A DNA stretch of 24,904 nt from Omnitrophica bacterium RIFCSPLOWO2_12_FULL_50_11 (lineage in GTDB: Bacteria > Omnitrophota > Omnitrophia > Omnitrophales > Danuiimicrobiaceae), in contig MHFT01000010.1 of NCBI GenBank assembly GCA_001804315.1, positions 1 to 24,904 of the forward strand, read 5' to 3'. Shown here piece after piece: positions 9,506-17,237 of the stretch; positions within the stretch are counted from its first letter, which is position 1; every line of letters starts with the position of its first letter. The position numbers and the translations under genes are program-made. The notes beneath the pieces were generated by a model. It was given only the letters and a program-made list of their open reading frames with translations, was not told where the DNA came from and did no database searches.

Positions 9506-9740
9506 TTTTCTCATCAATTTGGCGGATTGATGAGAAAATCGCTTTGGACGCACGAAGTTGCGTCCACATGCACGCACGGGATGATCGACATCCCGGCGTG
9601 CAGTGCTGGCCCATAAAGGGCCGGCAAAGTTTTGCGCCCCTCTCAAAACGGGGCGCAAAAGACAACCCCTGTGGTACAAATGGACAAGCCTATTTGCACC
9701 ACAACCTCTTCGAGGGCATTTCTCATTGGCGATGAGAAAT
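9506..9740. other. Cluster of six stem-loops in the convergent intergenic region (candidate structured RNA or protein-binding array)
   Basis: Hairpins at 9506-9538 (13-bp stem TTTTCTCATCAAT/ATTGATGAGAAAA), 9546-9565, 9571-9600, 9608-9622, 9630-9660 (11-bp stem TTTTGCGCCCC/GGGGCGCAAAA), 9705-9716 (CCTC-TTCG-GAGG) and 9718-9740 (ATTTCTCAT/ATGAGAAAT). Confidence 0.4.
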
Positions 9741-9753
9741 GCGGGTTAGCTGC

Positions 9754-12180
9754 TCAGGCCAAGCGTTCGAAAAACTTCGTTTCTAGTTCCTCGAGGCTTC
9801 TGAGAACTCCTGCGTAAGCGCGCCCGATGGCTTCCTCAAAACTTTTCCCCTTCGCCAGATACAAGATGAAACTGCGGAAACGACTTGCCCCGTACGTTTC
9901 AATCAGATACCGGACGAAAGCCTGCGATTCGCCGTAGTAAACGTTCGCTGCACCTCGAGTTTGCTGTTTGGGATCGACAATCGTGAGCAATTTGAGCGGG
10001 AGGAGCTTTCCTTGTGCCGCTGCCAGTTTGACGGCACGATTCAAGTCCTCTCGTTCCTCATCTTCCTGAGCAAGTGCGAAACCCTCGTGCAGCCACGTGG
10101 GCACGTTCCTATGTTCGCCGGTCAGCTCGTAAAGCACCAGATGCGCCACCTCGTGCGGAAGCGTCGAACTGAAAAAATGCCGCGATCCCAGGTACGTTGT
10201 GATCAACTTTTTTCCGTAATCGGCGTCACCTGCTGCCCAACTCGGTGCGCCACGTTTCTGTTGAAACATCTCCTGGTTCTCAAAAATAAAAATCCGAACG
10301 CGGCCGTCCTCCTGCCAACCTCGTTTCGGACCGTCATCATCCAATCGTTTCAAGATGCGGCCAAGATTTTCTTCGGCGTGCACCAAAACCTTCTGAGAAA
10401 GATCGAAATCTCTGGTCTTCAGGTAAACATTAAAGTGATCTCCCTTAAGCTCCACCCACTCATCTTCCCGTAACGGTTCCTCGTGTTCAGGTTTGATGTG
10501 CTCAAGAACACCGGAGTGCACAAGTAGGGACGGATCGGTCTCCTCCAAATCACGGTGGTGAAGCCTTGCGTCATCTTGAGAAAAGCACGGACAACTGAAC
10601 ACAAAGAGGGCGAAAAATAAAGACGCAAGTTGCCTTCCTCTCGTACGAGCAGAAACAATGGCAAAGGATACAATGAGAACGAACAAGCAAAAAAGAGGAA
10701 ACAAATGCCCACCCTGCTGGTACACCGTCCTCGCCCTTGGAAGCAGCACAGTACGCACGAGCCCGCCGGCGACAAATGTGTCATGCCTATGGGTGTCTTC
10801 AACACGATCGACGACCTCGCCTGTAAAACTCACAAAAGCAGAAACGCCGGTGTTCGCAGCGCGGACAACGGGCACCCCATTTTCAATGGCTCTAAAAATC
10901 GATGCTTGAAGATGTTGGTACGCTGCCGCACTCTTTGAAAACCAAGCGTCGTTGGTCAACACCACGAGAAACTGTGCTCCTCGTTCGACCGCCCGCCGCG
11001 CAAGCGACGGAAAAGTGTCCTCGAAGCAAATGAGCGGCGAAAAGCGCTTCGAATTTTCTAACACAAATACGCTCACATCTTCACCCGCCCGGTAATCCCC
11101 CACGCCGAGCGAATCCGCGAGGCGCTCCAAACCAAACATACCGAAAAACGGCCGCCACGGCACATATTCACCAAACGGAACCAAGCGGACTTTGTCGTAG
11201 CGCGCTTCGAGCCCGGATCCACGTTCCACCAGAAAAACGCTGTTGTAAGATCCTCCTAAAACATCCAAATAAGGACTTCCCAAAACCATCGGAACGTTGA
11301 GCTCTTTTTGAAATTTCAATATTTCCTCACGTTTCGGATCCAAATTAAAGTAACCTGGAAACGCAGCCTCGGGCCAAAGAATTAGCTCGGGCTTGTCATG
11401 TCCCACAAACCGCGTGAGGGCAAGGTGCGTTTCGAGAATCTCCGCTTTCCGTCCTGGATCCCATTTCACGTCCTGCGCAATATTTCCTTGAATCACCGCA
11501 AGTCGAATCTCATCTCCACGGACTGTTGGCTCGTTTCCACGACCAAGGAAAAAAGAACTCGCCAGGATGACAACGAGCGCACCAGTACCAACGGTACCAG
11601 GTACAGAAGGGACAGGTTCACCGAACCTGTCCCTTCTGTACCTGGTACCGAGAAACTGCACCACAAAAAAAATCCCAACATTGACAAACATGACGAGCCA
11701 CGAAACACCGAACGCCCCCACAAAAGCTGCGATCCGTGCAATGCCAAGGTTGGATGTCTGGCTGTACGCCAGTAAATTCCAGCCGAAACCCCAAACGGGA
11801 ATCTCGGTCCGCACCCACTCGAGAACAGCCCACGCCGATGGAATCAGAAAAAGAAAGGCGAAGCGCTGCTTCGATTTCCATACCGAACAAAACACAACGC
11901 CAAAGAGGCCAAAATAAAACGCGTACAAAAAAGCAACAAACACCCAGCCAAAGTACGTGACGTGACGAAGCCACTCCACAGAGGCAAAGAAAAAGAGGAA
12001 ACCCGTCAAGTAGAAGAAACTGAACGCATCGCGCACACGCTCAAGCCGCGCACTCAGACAGAAGATGGGTACAAAAGCAATCCAAGCGAGCCACGAAAAT
12101 GAGAATTTTGGAAAGGAAAGAATAAGGAGCAGAGCGGCGGTCAGCGAACAAACAGTGCCGTGGTACGCGTTTAGCGTCAC
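9754..12180 (-). CDS. lnt: Apolipoprotein N-acyltransferase (Lnt, CN-hydrolase) fused to an extra TM helix and a C-terminal ~290-aa HExxH zinc-peptidase-like (peptidase MA-like) domain
   Basis: N-terminal half: multi-TM region plus nitrilase-fold motifs IRLAVIQGNI, WPEAAFPGYF, SPLICFEDTFP, VLTNDAWFSKSAAAYQH, RAANTGVSAFV. Then a TM/signal-like LFFALFVFSCPCF. Then a soluble domain with HEVAHLVLYELTG ... WLHEGFALAQ (HExxH + EGxA). Proposed start is GTG at 12180 with SD GGGGGGGAGGAA. The ORF-track extension to 12336 overlaps secA and is unlikely. Confidence 0.8.
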   Translation of the reverse strand: MTLNAYHGTVCSLTAALLLILSFPKFSFSWLAWIAFVPIFCLSARLERVRDAFSFFYLTGFLFFFASVEWLRHVTYFGWVFVAFLYAFYFGLFGVVFCSVWKSKQRFAFLFLIPSAWAVLEWVRTEIPVWGFGWNLLAYSQTSNLGIARIAAFVGAFGVSWLVMFVNVGIFFVVQFLGTRYRRDRFGEPVPSVPGTVGTGALVVILASSFFLGRGNEPTVRGDEIRLAVIQGNIAQDVKWDPGRKAEILETHLALTRFVGHDKPELILWPEAAFPGYFNLDPKREEILKFQKELNVPMVLGSPYLDVLGGSYNSVFLVERGSGLEARYDKVRLVPFGEYVPWRPFFGMFGLERLADSLGVGDYRAGEDVSVFVLENSKRFSPLICFEDTFPSLARRAVERGAQFLVVLTNDAWFSKSAAAYQHLQASIFRAIENGVPVVRAANTGVSAFVSFTGEVVDRVEDTHRHDTFVAGGLVRTVLLPRARTVYQQGGHLFPLFCLFVLIVSFAIVSARTRGRQLASLFFALFVFSCPCFSQDDARLHHRDLEETDPSLLVHSGVLEHIKPEHEEPLREDEWVELKGDHFNVYLKTRDFDLSQKVLVHAEENLGRILKRLDDDGPKRGWQEDGRVRIFIFENQEMFQQKRGAPSWAAGDADYGKKLITTYLGSRHFFSSTLPHEVAHLVLYELTGEHRNVPTWLHEGFALAQEDEEREDLNRAVKLAAAQGKLLPLKLLTIVDPKQQTRGAANVYYGESQAFVRYLIETYGASRFRSFILYLAKGKSFEEAIGRAYAGVLRSLEELETKFFERLA
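11594..11649. repeat. Perfect 56-bp palindrome (27-bp arms GGTACCAGGTACAGAAGGGACAGGTTC / GAACCTGTCCCTTCTGTACCTGGTACC, 3-nt centre) lying in-frame inside the lnt CDS
   Basis: Read directly from the sequence. It encodes the polar peptide GTRYRRDRFGEPVPSVPGT between two hydrophobic Lnt segments. Confidence 0.9.
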
Positions 12181-12259
12181 TTCCTCCCCCCCTTGTTCGC
12201 CACAACGCGTTGGCGGAATCCGTCCCAAAACGCTTTGTGGCGAACAAGGGGGGGAGGAA
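12181..12259 (-). promoter_or_regulatory. Hairpin with a 25-bp perfect stem (TTCCTCCCCCCCTTGTTCGCCACAA ... TTGTGGCGAACAAGGGGGGGAGGAA, 29-nt loop) in the secA-lnt spacer; on the mRNA its 3' arm contains the lnt SD and abuts the GTG start
   Basis: Inverted repeat verified base by base. Minus-strand transcript reads 5'-UUCCUCCCCCCC...GGGGGGGAGGAA-GUG. Confidence 0.6.
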
Positions 12260-12293
12260 AAATCGCTAAACAGATACGTGCCGTGAAACACTT

Positions 12294-14957
12294 TTATCCG
12301 CCGTGGCACTTCTTGTACTTCTTTCCGCTTCCGCAAGGGCAGGGTTCGTTGCGGCCGATCTTAGCTTGACTTCGCCGAAAGGTCGCCGGACGGTCAGCCG
12401 ATTCTCGACGACGCCGGCCGCCAGTGTCAGGAACCGGCTCAGCCCCCGGAGCAAAATCATGTGTCCCTAGACGACCCATTTGCTGATCTTGCAGCAAGGC
12501 CGATGGCCCAACACCAGCGTCGAACCCGCTAGCTTCGGGATGCAGATATTCCTGGCGGCTTGGACTTATTACCGTCGACACTTTCTCCTCACGCACGGCT
12601 TGAACCTTGAAGAGGAACTCGATCGCCTCTTCCTTAATGGAAGAAACCATCTCCTCAAACATTTGAAACGACTCCTGCTTGTACTCGACGAGGGGATTGC
12701 GCTGGCCGTAGGCCCGGAGGTAAATCCCCTCGCGAAGCTCATCGATCGAACGAAGATGTTCTTTCCACTTGGAATCGATCACGTGAAGGAGAATGTAACG
12801 GCTTAAAAAGTGGATCCTGTCTTTTCCAAACTTTTCTTCCCGGCTCCGGTACGCTGCTTTTACTTTTTCAACGATTTCCTCCCGAAACGCGTCAAATGTG
12901 TCTTTCGTAAAATAAGGATCCTCCACGTCAATCCCACACTTCGCACGGAGCGCTGTTCTCAATCCTTCGCCGCTGCGTTCTTCTTCGCGGATCTCTGGGT
13001 TCATGTATTTCAGAATCAGCTCGTCGGCAAAATTTTCGATCATTTCGATCACGTGATCGGTCAAATCGGCGCTTTCCAGCACCCGGTTTCGTTCCTCGTA
13101 AATGATCTCTCTTTGCCGGTTCATCACGTCGTCGTATTCCAGAAGATGCTTGCGAATCTCAAAGTTTCGTCCTTCTACGCGCCTTTGTGCCGTTTCCACC
13201 GCGCGCGTGACAAGCGGATGCTGAATCTCCTGACCTTCCTCCATCCCAAGACGCTGCATCAAACCGGAAATCTTGTCCGATCCAAAAATCCGCATCAGAT
13301 CATCTTCAAGCGAAAGGTAAAACTTGGAGCTGCCAGGATCACCCTGCCGGCCTGTGCGGCCGCGCAGCTGATTGTCAATACGCCGCGCTTCATGCCGTTC
13401 CGTGCCCGTCACGGCCAAGCCCCCTTTTTGCGCCACACTTTCCCCCAAAACAATATCGGTCCCCCTGCCGGCCATGTTCGTCGCGATTGTAATCGCGCCC
13501 GGTTGACCTGCCCGCGCAACGATTTCGGCTTCCTGCTCGTGGTACTTGGCGTTCAGCACCGTGTGCGCAAGGCCGCGCCGCTTGAGCATTTGACTCAAGT
13601 GTTCCGACTTCTCGATGGATATCGTACCCACCAAAACCGGCCGGCTTTGGTTGTGAATCTCAGCAATTTCCTCGACGATCGCATTAAACTTTTCGCGTTC
13701 GGTGCGGTAAATGCAATCGGGGTGGTTGTGGCGGATGAGCGGCCGATTGGTTGGAATGACAAGCACCTCGAGCTTGTAAATTTTTTCGAATTCAGCCGCT
13801 TCGGTCGCCGCGGTTCCCGTCATACCGGCGAGTTTTTTGTACATGCGGAAATAATTCTGAAAGGTAATCGTTGCAAGCGTTTGATTTTCCCGCTCGATCT
13901 TGACGCGCTCTTTGGCTTCAAGCGCTTGATGCAGTCCATCCGAAAAGCGGCGTCCGGGCATTAAGCGCCCCGTAAACTCATCGACGATGACAACTTTGCC
14001 GTCCTTGACCATGTAATCCACGTCGCGCCTGAAAAGCACGTGCGCCCGAAGGGCTTGACTAATGTGGTGGATGACATCGATTTGCGTATTTTCATAAATA
14101 TTTTCAACATTCAAAAGCGACTCGCAGCGCGCAATTCCTTCTTCTTTGAGCGTCGCGGTATTCGCTTTTTCGTCCACCTCGTAATGGACACTTTTTTCGA
14201 GCCGTGGAATGATTCTGTCGATCTGGTAGTATTTTTCCGTCGACTCCTCAGCCGGACCAGAAATAATGAGCGGCGTTCGCGCTTCATCGACTAAGATGGA
14301 GTCGACTTCGTCTACAATCGCGTAATGAAGTTTGCGCTGGACGCGGTCACGCACATCGGTCACCATGTTGTCTCTTAGATAATCGAACCCAAATTCATTG
14401 TTCGTGCCGTAGGTAATGTCCGACTGGTATGCCAACTGACGCGCTGCTGGATCCATCTCGTGCTGAATGACGCCAACCGTTAAACCCAAAAATTCGTAGA
14501 TCGGTCCCATCCAAAACCGGTCTCGTTTGGCGAGGTAGTCATTGACGGTCACCAAATGAACCCCTTTCTCCGTGAGTGCGTTCAGATAAATGGGCAAGGT
14601 GGCGACGAGCGTTTTTCCTTCTCCAGTCGCCATCTCGGCAATCATGCCCCGATGAAGCGCCAGGCCGCCCACGAGCTGACAGTCAAAGTGCCGCATCTTG
14701 ATCGCTCGACGCGACGCTTCCCGGACGACTGCAAATGCTTCCGGAAGCAAATCGTCAAGCTTCTCGCCTTTTGACAAACGAGCGCGGAATTCGTCTGTTT
14801 TCGCCCGCAGCGCTTCGTCTGAAAGTGCTTTCACGGACGGCTCAAGCAAGTTGATTTGATCCACGACCGGCTGCATGCTTTTTAGGATCCGATCGTTTCG
14901 CGAACCGAAGACTTTGGTTAACACGGCGGCTGCGCCGCCAAGAATTTTCATCAACAT
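12294..14957 (-). CDS. secA: Preprotein translocase ATPase SecA (with C-terminal zinc-binding [14 protein letters not shown])
   Basis: [24 protein letters not shown]-terminus, DEAD-like motor motifs and the C-terminal Zn finger. It starts 14 bp downstream of the prfB stop. Confidence 0.95.
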   Translation of the reverse strand: MLMKILGGAAAVLTKVFGSRNDRILKSMQPVVDQINLLEPSVKALSDEALRAKTDEFRARLSKGEKLDDLLPEAFAVVREASRRAIKMRHFDCQLVGGLALHRGMIAEMATGEGKTLVATLPIYLNALTEKGVHLVTVNDYLAKRDRFWMGPIYEFLGLTVGVIQHEMDPAARQLAYQSDITYGTNNEFGFDYLRDNMVTDVRDRVQRKLHYAIVDEVDSILVDEARTPLIISGPAEESTEKYYQIDRIIPRLEKSVHYEVDEKANTATLKEEGIARCESLLNVENIYENTQIDVIHHISQALRAHVLFRRDVDYMVKDGKVVIVDEFTGRLMPGRRFSDGLHQALEAKERVKIERENQTLATITFQNYFRMYKKLAGMTGTAATEAAEFEKIYKLEVLVIPTNRPLIRHNHPDCIYRTEREKFNAIVEEIAEIHNQSRPVLVGTISIEKSEHLSQMLKRRGLAHTVLNAKYHEQEAEIVARAGQPGAITIATNMAGRGTDIVLGESVAQKGGLAVTGTERHEARRIDNQLRGRTGRQGDPGSSKFYLSLEDDLMRIFGSDKISGLMQRLGMEEGQEIQHPLVTRAVETAQRRVEGRNFEIRKHLLEYDDVMNRQREIIYEERNRVLESADLTDHVIEMIENFADELILKYMNPEIREEERSGEGLRTALRAKCGIDVEDPYFTKDTFDAFREEIVEKVKAAYRSREEKFGKDRIHFLSRYILLHVIDSKWKEHLRSIDELREGIYLRAYGQRNPLVEYKQESFQMFEEMVSSIKEEAIEFLFKVQAVREEKVSTVISPSRQEYLHPEASGFDAGVGPSALLQDQQMGRLGTHDFAPGAEPVPDTGGRRRRESADRPATFRRSQAKIGRNEPCPCGSGKKYKKCHGG

Positions 14958-14971
14958 TTGCTTTTACGACA

Positions 14972-16091
14972 TTACGTCTTTTTCGATTGTTCCCGTGCCT
15001 CGTGTTTTAAATACGCCTCGATGAAATCGTCAAGCTCCCCGTCCATGACTGCTTGACCGTTTGAGGTTTCGTAATTCGTTCGGTGGTCTTTGACCAATGT
15101 GTACGGATGGAACACGTAAGAGCGAATTTGCGAGCCCCACGCAATTTCCTTTTTTTCGCCGTACTGCGTTTTGAGCTTTCGCTCCTCTTCCTCGCGCTTT
15201 TTGGCGTACAACCGCGCCTTTAAAATTTTCATTGCCACTTGTTTGTTTTGGTGCTGCGAACGTTCATTCTGACACTGGGCGACAATTCCTGTCGGAAGGT
15301 GCGTAATGCGCACGGCGCTTGACGTTTTATTCACGTGCTGACCGCCCGCACCTCCTGCGCGGAACGTGTCAATGCGCAAATCTTTCTCGTTGACTGAAAT
15401 GTCCATTTCTTCCTCGACTTCCGCAATCACATCCACTGAGGCAAACGAAGTGTGGCGTCTTTTATTAGCGTCAAAGGGTGAGATGCGCACGAGGCGGTGG
15501 ACACCGCGCTCAGCCTTGAGGTACCCGTAAGCGTAAGGTCCTCGGACAAAAAAGGTGGCGCTTTTGGTTCCCGCTTCCTCACCTGCAAGTGAATCCGCAA
15601 GTTGGACGGAAAAGTCCCGATTTTCTGCCCACCGCACGTACATGCGAAGAAGCATCTGTGCCCAATCGCAGGATTCCGTTCCGCCCGCGCCGGCATTGAT
15701 GCTCACAATCGCGCTGTTGGCATCGAGCGGACCGGAAAGAAGCCTCTGAAACTCAAGCATCTCAACTTCACGCTCGACCTTTTTGAAGTCTCCCTCGAGC
15801 TCTTTTAAGGACGCGTCATCGTCACCGACAATGCTCAAGAGTTCTCCGAGGTCTTTTACCTCCTGGTGTGACTTTTTCCACGGATCAATGAGCCGCTTGA
15901 GCGATTTGAGCTGGTTGACAGAGTTTTTCGCCTCGGCAGGAGCGTCCCAAAAATCCGGCTGGGACATCTTTTCGTTTAAAGACTGGATTTCACGTTCTTT
16001 TCGGTCGAGGTCAAAGATACCCCCTAATCTCTTCGAGCTTCGCGCCCGTTTGTTGGATGGATTTTGCAAGATTTTCGATTCGTTCTTTCAT
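14972..16091 (-). CDS. prfB: Peptide chain release factor 2, expressed through a programmed +1 ribosomal frameshift
   Basis: Frame 1 is MKERIENLAKSIQQTGAKLEEIRGYL then UGA. The shift site on the minus strand, AGGGGG UAU CUU UGA C, spans about 16010-16025. Frame 2 continues FDLDRKEREIQ... through GGQ (RAGGAGGQHVNKT) to 14972. Confidence 0.92.
16004..16025 (-). other. prfB +1 frameshift cassette: internal SD AGGGGG, slippery CUU, in-frame UGA followed by C
   Basis: Sequence AGGGGGTATCTTTGAC on the minus strand. The ORF-track entry 16011..16196 ends at this UGA. Confidence 0.9.
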
Positions 16092-16124
16092 GCGTGACCT
16101 CGTAGTTACGCCCCGATGAGTAAA

Positions 16125-16147
16125 CCCCGCACCAATATGGTGCGGGG
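16125..16147 (-). other. Stem-loop in the prfB 5' leader (9-bp stem CCCCGCACC/GGUGCGGGG followed by UUUAC); leader structure or weak upstream terminator
   Basis: Inverted repeat read from the sequence. It lies about 35 nt upstream of the prfB ATG. Confidence 0.35.
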
Positions 16148-16183
16148 CAAAGGGACTAATGACGTAAGACAAGACGACACCAT

Positions 16184-16212
16184 AGCTTAGCAGCAACGGC
16201 TACTGCTGTCAA
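16184..16212 (-). promoter_or_regulatory. Candidate sigma70 promoter for prfB-secA-lnt: TTGACA - 17 nt - TGnTAAGCT
   Basis: Minus-strand TTGACA (16212..16207) and TAAGCT (16189..16184) with an upstream TG. This gives a leader of about 85 nt to the prfB ATG. Confidence 0.5.
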
Positions 16213-16357
16213 ACAACCACAGAGTTCTCTGGCTGTCAACACAAACAACGGAGGAAAAATCATCCACGCTGTGCCCCATGGCGTTGAGCCGTGATGTGCT
16301 CAAGCTGCTGGCGGGTGCGTTTCAATTCTAATGCTAATTTCTTTTCGTCGGGAAGCG

Positions 16358-16972
16358 TCATCCGGCCTTATTGCGGGAAAGGGTGACGCGCTCGTAGAAC
16401 CGAGAGCTAATCTGACGATCAAGCTGGCGGACCGACCACCCGCCGCGCAGGGCTTCCACTTCGTAGAACTTGCGTGCGTGAGCAGTCCTTACCGTAAGAA
16501 GCCGGACATAATGAGACCAGGAAAGTGGAAAAATGGCCGCAAGGGCTTCCACATCCAATTTACTCAATCGTGTTGAGGATTTCTCAACAGACACTCGAGA
16601 TTTGCTAGACACCGTCTGGCAGATTCGAGATTTGCGAGACAGTGTCTGGCCAATTTGAGCAGGCGGGTAGGACAGGTAAAATTCACGCATCTGCTGAAGA
16701 TTCTGACGTGAAAAGCCTCGGCCGAATTTTTTGGTTAAATCTCGCGACAGATTTTCAAGAATTGCTTCCCCATATTCAGCCCGCTTTCGGCCTTTTTGTT
16801 CGTATTCGACAACGCGCCGACTGATCTCCCAGTACGTAGCCGTCAATATGGCATTTACAGAGCCGGCAACTTGGTGCCTGGCTTCTTCCAGAAGCCGCTG
16901 AATTCCGCCGAGAAACCGCTGGTATCCCTGCAAAACAGATTCAGATTTTAACCGTTTCATAATGCGTGGCAT
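16358..16972 (-). pseudogene. Degenerate YhcG/DUF1016-family (PDDEXK nuclease) gene; the N-terminal domain is retained and the nuclease core is deleted
   Basis: The YhcG N-terminal domain pattern (RLLEEARHQVAGSVNAILTATYWEISRRVVEYEQ...YGEAILENLSRDLTKKFGRGFSRQNLQQMREFYLSYP ... LSWSHYVRLL...GWSVRQLDRQI) stops after ...FYER. Only about 260 bp remain before prfB. A possible C-terminal remnant (ELKRTRQQLE) sits just downstream in another frame. Likely start is M50 at 16972 (SD GGGAGG, 10-nt spacer). Confidence 0.55.
16596..16655. repeat. Two tandem copies of a 30-nt unit (CGAGATTTGCTAGACACCGTCTGGCAGATT / CGAGATTTGCGAGACAGTGTCTGGCCAATT) inside the DUF1016 remnant
   Basis: Direct repeat, 26/30 identical. 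It encodes a repeated QT(L/V)S(R/S)KSR(I/V) peptide. An adjacent hairpin TGTTGAGgatttCTCAACA lies at 16571-16589. Confidence 0.7.
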
Positions 16973-17237
16973 TTTAACATACCTCCCTTTGAGAATCCTG
17001 ATTTTTTGGTCTAGGATCATCGAGGATTCAGATAGAACTTTGAGGGAGGCGGGTCGCTTGGCAGGCCGAAGAACTCTTTCCTCCTGCACCGCCTTTAAAA
17101 AGCGGCAATATGAATCCAAGAAGAATTCGAGGATCTGTGCATCGATTCAGGGATACAATACTTTCGGCCCTCAGATCGTTGGCTCGCTCGGGAAAAGATA
17201 CCTCAGGGGAACAAACTCCGTAGCCGATAATAATCTT

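Noticed and set aside
12810-13964. 384-aa plus-strand ORF. Similar long plus-strand ORFs lie at 832-1221, 3270-3839, 9961-10473 and 5258-5509.
   Set aside because: They lie antisense to well-supported genes (secA, clpC, the mcsB/R2 region, lnt, lolD) in GC-rich sequence where stop codons are rare. They have no RBS or family resemblance. They are artefacts of the six-frame translation.
16011-16196. 61-aa ORF called as a separate small gene upstream of prfB
   Set aside because: It is the first reading frame of prfB (MKERIENLAKSIQQTGAKLEEIRGYL). It ends at the UGA of the programmed +1 frameshift site, and its N-terminal extension beyond ATG 16091 is not real.
16596-16655. Possible CRISPR array, from the tandem repeats here and at 17571-17763
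   Set aside because: There are only two copies each, and they lie in-frame inside ORFs. There are no spacers of unique sequence and no cas genes. They are coding tandem duplications, not CRISPR.
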